From Eledone cirrhosa (taxonomy: Eukaryota): a DNA stretch of 64,000 nucleotides. Below the pieces are notes generated by a model that had not been told where the DNA came from, ran no database searches, and was given only the letters and a program-made list of their open reading frames with translations. Positions 56,084 to 64,000 of this stretch are shown piece after piece. A program made the position numbers and the translations under genes. How positions within the stretch are numbered: position 1 is the stretch's first letter; each line of letters starts with the position of its first letter. The stretch spans positions 56,234,001 through 56,298,000 of the forward strand of contig OZ024746.1 of assembly GCA_964016885.1 (NCBI GenBank), written 5' to 3'.

Positions 56084-56173
56084 TCCTCTTGATAAGTCGG
56101 CAGACCTCGCAACGACTCTATATCTTTATGATATATTGTTTTTGTTTATGCCACAAAACTACGTAGTCGAGGA
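56084..56173 (+). ncRNA. Family C hammerhead (G12 to A at a CpG, probably inactive)
   Basis: TCCTC-TTGATAA-...-CCAC-AAAA-CTACGTAG-TC-GAGGA; the 3' half with intact GAAA is also present at 55520-55580. Confidence 0.8.
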
Positions 56174-56242
56174 ATCTAGGAGAAGTTTAGGTATGATACA
56201 TTTTATTATTAATTGTATCTAAATGTTTCTTCTCTCTTCATA

Positions 56243-56305
<63 letters not shown>

Positions 56306-56639
56306 TATTTATTTATATATGTGTCTGTGTGTGTGTGTGTGTGGGGGGGGGGGGGGGCAATTAAGTGTGTGTAACGGGATTTCTCATGAATAGCGTACAG
56401 TTATCTAGTCATCTAGATTGGAAGGGTCATATTATTAAATAGTAGTGACCAACTTCAGTAACGAATGACCATGGTATTTGCATCTACATAGTCCTCCTTA
56501 CAGATACAAGCCCGTAGAATATTATTTGTGGTGAACCACCAGTGATCCATGCCTACCAATCTCCCCCTCTCGCCACCGATGTTTTCCATAAGAAAGTCCC
56601 ATAGAAAGTTCGATACAGCTTCGCACTCGTTACGTTACA

Positions 56640-56780
56640 TCGCGTTTCTACAGCTGAATGAACTGGATCAACGTGAAATAATGTGTCTTCTCAAGGACAC
56701 AATGCCCTGTTCGGTCTGGGAACCGAACCTACACCATGATGGTGAACCCAATGCTCTAACTAGTAATACACGTGCCTTTT
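56640..56780 (-). mobile_element. Degenerate CORE-like tRNA SINE
   Basis: Minus strand GGTTCGGTTCC B-box followed by TTGTGTCCTTGAGAAGACACATTATTTCACGTTG. Confidence 0.55.
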
Positions 56781-56949
56781 CAGTGGTTATATGACTATAT
56801 TCTTATTATTTGAAACTTCCTTTGAATTATGCTTCTCTCCAAAATCATGTCAAGTTTCAACCTGACATCTCAGGTCATATTCGATAATACAGGAATTTTA
56901 CAATCAATGTTTATACCACAAGTCCACAAACATCAGTAAATGTCTGCAA

Positions 56950-57690
56950 GATATTTAAATTGACAATGTCTTTCTCAGGACATAGAGAGTCCCTGTCAAA
57001 ATTGTTTTCTGTATCTCGTTGAGATGGCCTTCCAGTTATCCGGACTAAATATTTTTTAGTTCCCTTTTTTATCATTTCATATGCGCCGACTACCTATGGT
57101 ATTGTATAGACATTAAGTGCCACATTTGCTGAATTTAAATTGATAGATCTTTATACTTACTAAACTTTCAGCACTCTTTCGAGGAAATGTTACGATCTGA
57201 TGGAAGGCTCATGTCACTTAAGAAAGAAGATTTCTCTTTATGACCATTCATAACCACATCAGGTATGTTGGCCTTGATTGTTCTGTTGGTATACAAAGAA
57301 AAGTCCCCTAGGATTGTCTTCTCACCTAACTTTACTGCATCTGTGTGATGGCTTTACCATTTTCCCTCTTTTTCACCATAAATCCTGCACATTACCCAGT
57401 AATGCCCCACTCGGTCATGCCTTGTGTTATATTCCTGGGAAACTATTACATTGCAGCCCGGAAGCAGGTGGTCAACAGGCTCAACATGCTCATCGCAGAA
57501 TTAACATTATGAGTCAATTTCATTTCGGATCCCTCTAGCATGAACGTTACGCGTTGAAAGACACTGGTCTCTTCAAAAGGAAGCCCCCATTCTCTCCTTG
57601 TTGCCCAGAAATCCGCTACCACTGATAGGTGAGAGTCTGATCTACATGAGGCTCTTTGCTGCGGTGAAGCATGCAATGGATTTGTTCCCA
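56950..57690 (-). mobile_element. R4/Dong-like LINE REL-endonuclease fragment
   Basis: Manual translation gives TILGDFSLYTNRTIKANIPDVV, DMSLPSDRNISSKE, KYKDL, EIQKTILTGT; stops present. Confidence 0.75.
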
Positions 57691-58689
57691 TTTAGTGCAC
57701 AATTTTAATTTCATTAACGTTCAAATTTATGATATTGAAAATATAGGAGACAACTGGGATTGCAAGTGCATTTATGGGAGATAGTTTATGTAATCATCAC
57801 ACATTTTGATCCGTAATTCTTTTTAATTATTTCATATTTGCATAACGGTTCCTGCTAATCATTTTTATTACGCCATATATTGCCATCTGAAATAGCATAA
57901 TATTTGCACCTTTGACCCAAATATTGCAATTATATTTGCAAATTAAAAACCTTAAGTTAACAAAAGAACATGGAGGGTAAAGTACCCTCGCCATGTAGAG
58001 GACAGAGCAGCCAAAGCGAAATTCTGCTCGATAAAGCATGCTAGATTTTCTCGATAACAACCAGAAAAACAACTTCGCTGTCATTAACATCACAACAGAC
58101 ACAACAACACACCTGAAATAAGCATGGAGTTTAAACATGCATTCCCAAAATTGAAATTATGACACAACTGCAACCATACTAGGACAAATAATAAAATAAT
58201 TACATTATACCTAGAGCAAAATCACAGCAACAACAGCAAAATCAATATGACAGTAGCATAATACAAATAAGGGAGTAACGCCAGCAACAACAACACTGCC
58301 AACAAGAGCAACAATAGCAATAACAATAACAACAAAATAAACAATAATAATAACGATACATTCGCAGCATCAGTTGCTAATGGAAAATACATTTTTAACA
58401 TTAACATTTTTGAAAAAATCATAGGCTGGCATAACATATCCATCACCCTCAGCAGTGTTTGGCATCAGGATAAATAACTATAAAACATGTATACGTCTCC
58501 ACAAAAACGAACGGCGCCAATAGATTAGATCATCGTAGAAATAGAACTGAGTGAGATAATAGCCATGAAGCACTGGGGTTAATAACCTCAGAGTTACATG
58601 TCAATCTCTGTGGCATATTGACCTGTATGGTGCGTTAAGGAAGCAACACACACCTGTTCATAAAACTAACCCGATAAAAAAATTGGTGT

Positions 58690-59230
58690 GGGATCAATCT
58701 ATTTATAATTAACTTTATCTCTGTAACAACTGAATAATAGAATGAACTCTATAGATAATGAACACAGCCACAAGGATATGGTCCGAACGTGGAAGAGCCG
58801 AACTCCCACTGTCATCGCCTACATCACTCGTGCTGACCTCTCCACAGCCCCGGCAGAGAGAATGGAGAAGCCGTTTCCCCGGAGAACGGTAAGGGAGATT
58901 CACTGGAAGAGCCATTTCAACTAGCGAGGATCATACCTGCGGCTGGCCAGCTCAGCGCCTATGATGATGAGTACGGAGGTAGCCATAGGGCCAAGGACAC
59001 CAGAAGTATCCACTGCCTCGGACACTACAGAAAAAACCCTCGGAGAGCGAACGGTAGTTGGAGAGTTTGGCCTCCTCAACCCGACGTGCAGCAGAACCTG
59101 GGTTAGTCGCAGAAAGTACCAGGTTGCGGCTGTAGAAAGTATTGCTGCAAGTTTCATCCCAGACGAGGGGTTTGCCACAAAGGAACGGGAAGATTGTCAT
59201 ACCTTGGGTGATACATTTCATCAATCCACA
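58690..59230 (-). mobile_element. CRE-like non-LTR retrotransposon 3' fragment
   Basis: GMTIFPFLCGKPLVWDETCSNTF, EEAKLSNY, AVDTSGVLG, ISLTVLRGN. Confidence 0.75.
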
Positions 59231-59605
59231 TAAAATTCACAAGATCCATGAACTCATTCTTCTTCCTGAGGGCTGGAGTTGAATTATCGCGAAGAAGAGA
59301 GAATACTTTCCTGATCTGCTAAAACCAGTCACAGAAAAGTCTAATGTACAAGTCGTGCCTCTGGGAGTGACTACTAAACTTTCTGAGGTGGAAGTTATCA
59401 TAGCAATCTGGAAAGCATATTACCTGTAAAAAGGTAATATAGTCCTGTCTGTGCATGCGTGTGTGAGTGAGTGTATGTGTACGTGTGCGTATGTACGTTT
59501 ACCTTTTAATATTAACATGTATATGTGATAAATATATGCACAGAAAATCACACATTTACGCACATAAATATGTTTATATATACGGTGTCCTCCTTCTACA
59601 TATGA

Positions 59606-59695
<90 letters not shown>

Positions 59696-59821
59696 ATGTG
59701 TGTGTGTTTCTGTGCGGGAATGTATGTGTCTGTGTGTGATTGAAGATTGAAAATATATCCCTCTCATAAATTTCGATATCTGTCAAGAACTAATAAATAA
59801 TAAAATACTCTCCAATGCATA

Positions 59822-59923
<102 letters not shown>

Positions 59924-60556
59924 CATACGTATATATATAAATATAAGGTAATCCGAACTTATATATGTACATGCTTTTCATAGACAACCATTCATTTAAC
60001 TATCCATCTCAATACACATATATGCATATATATTTCTATATATATATGTGTCTGTGTGCGTGTGTATGTAAGTATATGTGTGTGTCTATGCGTTCGTGTT
60101 CATGTGTATACGTACACACACATATATATACATAGAGTCGTAAATTTCAGTGTGTTGTTGTCGGTCAAGTTTGAATTATTTGAAATGTGTTTAAAAATGG
60201 ATATCTCTAAATATAGTAGTGAAGTGTACTTGAGAGGAAGGACTTACTTGAAGTTTCCGAAGATTAATGGACATGTTAAATACCCCCAATGGTCTTGTAA
60301 TGGTAAATTTAGACATTTCAGAGAATAGAGCGGAAATTCAACACTGGACCTACTAAATATAATCATTAGTTCAAACATAAATATCCAAACATACATACAA
60401 GCATAAATGCATGCATGCATGTATATACATATGTATGTGTGTGTGTGTGCGTGTATATATAAATATGTATGTGTGTGTGTATATATATACATATGTGTGT
60501 GTGTGTGTATATATATATATACACAAACAACCCACACATATAAATATATATATATA

Positions 60557-60617
<61 letters not shown>

Positions 60618-61672
60618 GGGAAATCAGACAGAAATAAAGTAAGTGGGAAGAAGATATATAAATATATAGGTACGTTTTGATAAGGAAGTATGTAATACAT
60701 TTATATCTGTGTGTGTACGTGTGTTTGTGTATGTGTCTATGTGTGTATGCGTGCGTGCATAAATGTATGTTCATGTTTGTGTTTGACATGTTTACAAATA
60801 TGAATGAAAATATTACGAATATTGCTAAAGCAAATAACGGAGTAAAGTATCAAATATTTAAATCGGGTAGAGGAAATTAAAAATTGCTAGTATAGTTAGG
60901 AATATTTTATCTACCAAATCGGAAAGATATTCAAAGAATAGAATGGAACACCAAAGCAAATGAACATTAAATAAAGTAAAACAAGATATAAAAATAAAAT
61001 CATAATGGCATAATAATAATAAATTAAAAGGGAGATAACGATGTAAAGAAATCGAATATAAACAATAACTAAATAAATGAATAAATAAATGAATAAGCAA
61101 AATTATTGAACGACAGAAAATATATTTTGGGAAAAATGTAAAGAGTAAAAAGACCATTTAAAGACAAAAGTCCTAGATAAATGGAATTCATAATTCTAAA
61201 GCAGAGAGGAGGAATAGATGTAAATACGTGGTTTAATCGCAGGAAATGACATTTCTAAAGAACCTTGATATTGCTAAGAATATGCACATAGCTTTACGAT
61301 TTTCGGATTAAGAATTTTGAAGAGGCTTGCAAAAGATAGAGGAAAAGCAAATATTAGTTTGAATACAATAGAAAGAATATTGCAGAAAATGAAAATATAC
61401 AATTTATATATATATATATATATATGCATGCATGCATATGCTTGTGAATGTGAGCGCACGTGTGAGAACGATTATATGTGCGTATGGGTCTGTGGATGTG
61501 TATAAGAGACAATTGGACATTATCAGGAAATTATCAAGATAGTTCATGGAAATTTAGCTTAGAATTTAATTTTGGATATTTGGCAGAAAATTACATTTCT
61601 CATAGTGATTAATTGAATGCACATATTGTTTACGTATGTATGTATTCATGCATACATGTACATACATACATG

Positions 61673-61719
<47 letters not shown>

Positions 61720-62009
61720 CATTCATTCGAAAGACACAACATTCTACAACCTCTTAATATATTTGTTTCTCCTCGAATTTTTGGCTGTCGAGATTCTATG
61801 TTGTATAACCTTAGTAGAAAATGAGGTTTAACGGATTGCGAAATTTTACTTCAATTCTTTTGTAATATCTTCTCCTTTATAGGTACACTAAGCATGTTCT
61901 TTTCTCAGGGGTACGTACAGTCACTTCTCCTGGTAATTATTTACATAAACAGGATTAACTTTCGCAGCCGGGCTGGAAGTGGTATCATGACTGGCGGGTG
62001 TAAAATCAG

Positions 62010-62790
62010 TCGGCCGGAATTTGCGGACAACATGGTGCTACTTAACACAATATAAGATGATATTCAATATGCACTTGATAGATTTGAGGCCGAGTGCGGC
62101 ATGGGTTGAATAAAAAAAAGTGCTGCGAAAAGTGATGCATTCGTCCTTTCAAGAAATCTTGCGCAGTGTACTCTACATGTGAATCAAGTTCCACTGTAGC
62201 AGGTAGAGAATTTCAGGTATCTCGGGGCCGTGTTCCGGAGAATTTAGGTATCTTGGGGCCGTGTTCCAAAGAAATGCAAAAGCTATTGCAATAATGTGCA
62301 AGTTTCAACATTCAATAATAAAAAGAAGGGAGGAAGATGTAAACGCTTAACTCGTTATTCTTTAATTCGCTATTCGTGCCAACCCTTACCTATGGTCATG
62401 TATCTTGGGTAATGACCGAAAGAATACGATCGCAATTGGGATTCCTCTGGAGGGTCTTAGGAATAGCGTTACGCGATAAAGTGGGTAACACGAAGATCTG
62501 GTTGATACTCCTAGCAGAGCCGCTACTTCTCTGAATTGATAGATCTCAGCACTGCTACTATCAGTATGTGCTAGAATGTCTCAGAAAAGAATTGTTGGTC
62601 AGATTTTACGGGCCAAACGACAGGCAAGAGTCCAAGGGTTACACCCCGAGCCAGATGGTTGGATAAGATCGAAAAGCTTCGCTAGTCACGCTTGTGGATC
62701 CATTCGGATTAGCTGGAGACGGTTGCGTCTGAGAGGACCCTATAATAGGAGTGTCTGAGGACTCTTTCACTACGACCCTCCAAGGAATAA
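62010..62790 (+). mobile_element. RTE/Expander-like LINE 3' fragment, related to 48460-48840
   Basis: DIQYALDRFEAECG, QVENFRYLG, LFVPTLTYGHVSWVMTERIRS; ~31 bp tandem duplication at about 62207-62267. Confidence 0.75.
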
Positions 62791-63135
62791 GTAAGCGATG
62801 AATAAGAAGAGCATGTATGGAATATGCATTCAGGGCGCAGAATTTTCACTATAAATATGAAACACCCTAATGTGCAAATATATATATATATGTATATATA
62901 TATATATGCATATGTGTGTGTCTGTGTGGGTAAGTGTGTATGAGTGTATGTATATATGTGTGTGCTTGTGTGGATAATTGTGTGTATGTGTTTTGTGTAT
63001 GAATGTTTCCAATATTCTATGATATAAAATACGCAACTTTGGAAAAAGGTAAAAACTGCGATATTTAAAAATGGAAAATAGGAGTCTTTTGCATATAATG
63101 ATCAAAGTTTGTCTGAAGCGAGGAATTTTAAGTAA

Positions 63136-64000
<865 letters not shown>

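Larger units (their letters stand above)
54764..56247. mobile_element. Non-coding HHR retroelement family C (retrozyme-like): two inverted arms, each ~1.25 monomers of ~590 nt
   Basis: Left arm period 591 (54771 vs 55362), right arm period 593 (55521 vs 56114), junction at about 55518, (TA)n on both sides. Confidence 0.88.

Noticed and set aside
55165-56222. ORFs of 104, 112 and 64 aa repeated in family C
   Set aside because: They recur only because the monomer is repeated; non-ATG starts and no recognisable domain

Overview
AT-rich, microsatellite-dense eukaryotic (metazoan) DNA. The SINE, RTE, Dong and Penelope content suggests an octopod cephalopod, which is an inference. I recognise no host protein-coding exon; most listed ORFs are translations of (TA)n/(TG)n/(AG)n tracts. 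Recognisable content is transposon debris: APE/RT LINEs (RTE-like, one with three C-terminal C2H2 fingers), R4/Dong- and CRE-like REL-endonuclease LINEs, a deleted mariner, a decayed Helitron, tRNA-SINEs, a hairpin MITE and two Penelope-like elements (PLEs, RT + GIY-YIG). The main hidden signal is a Penelope / hammerhead-ribozyme (HHR) system. About 20 whole or partial type I HHR motifs from roughly ten sequence families lie in elements inserted in (TA)n tracts. They include non-coding, tandemly repeated retrozyme-like monomers of about 435 and 590 nt and U3-A8 core variants. At least eight of these insertions share one architecture: two 5'-truncated copies joined head-to-head with their 3' ends facing outward into (TA)n. 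All motifs were read by eye; no folding, alignment or database search was run.
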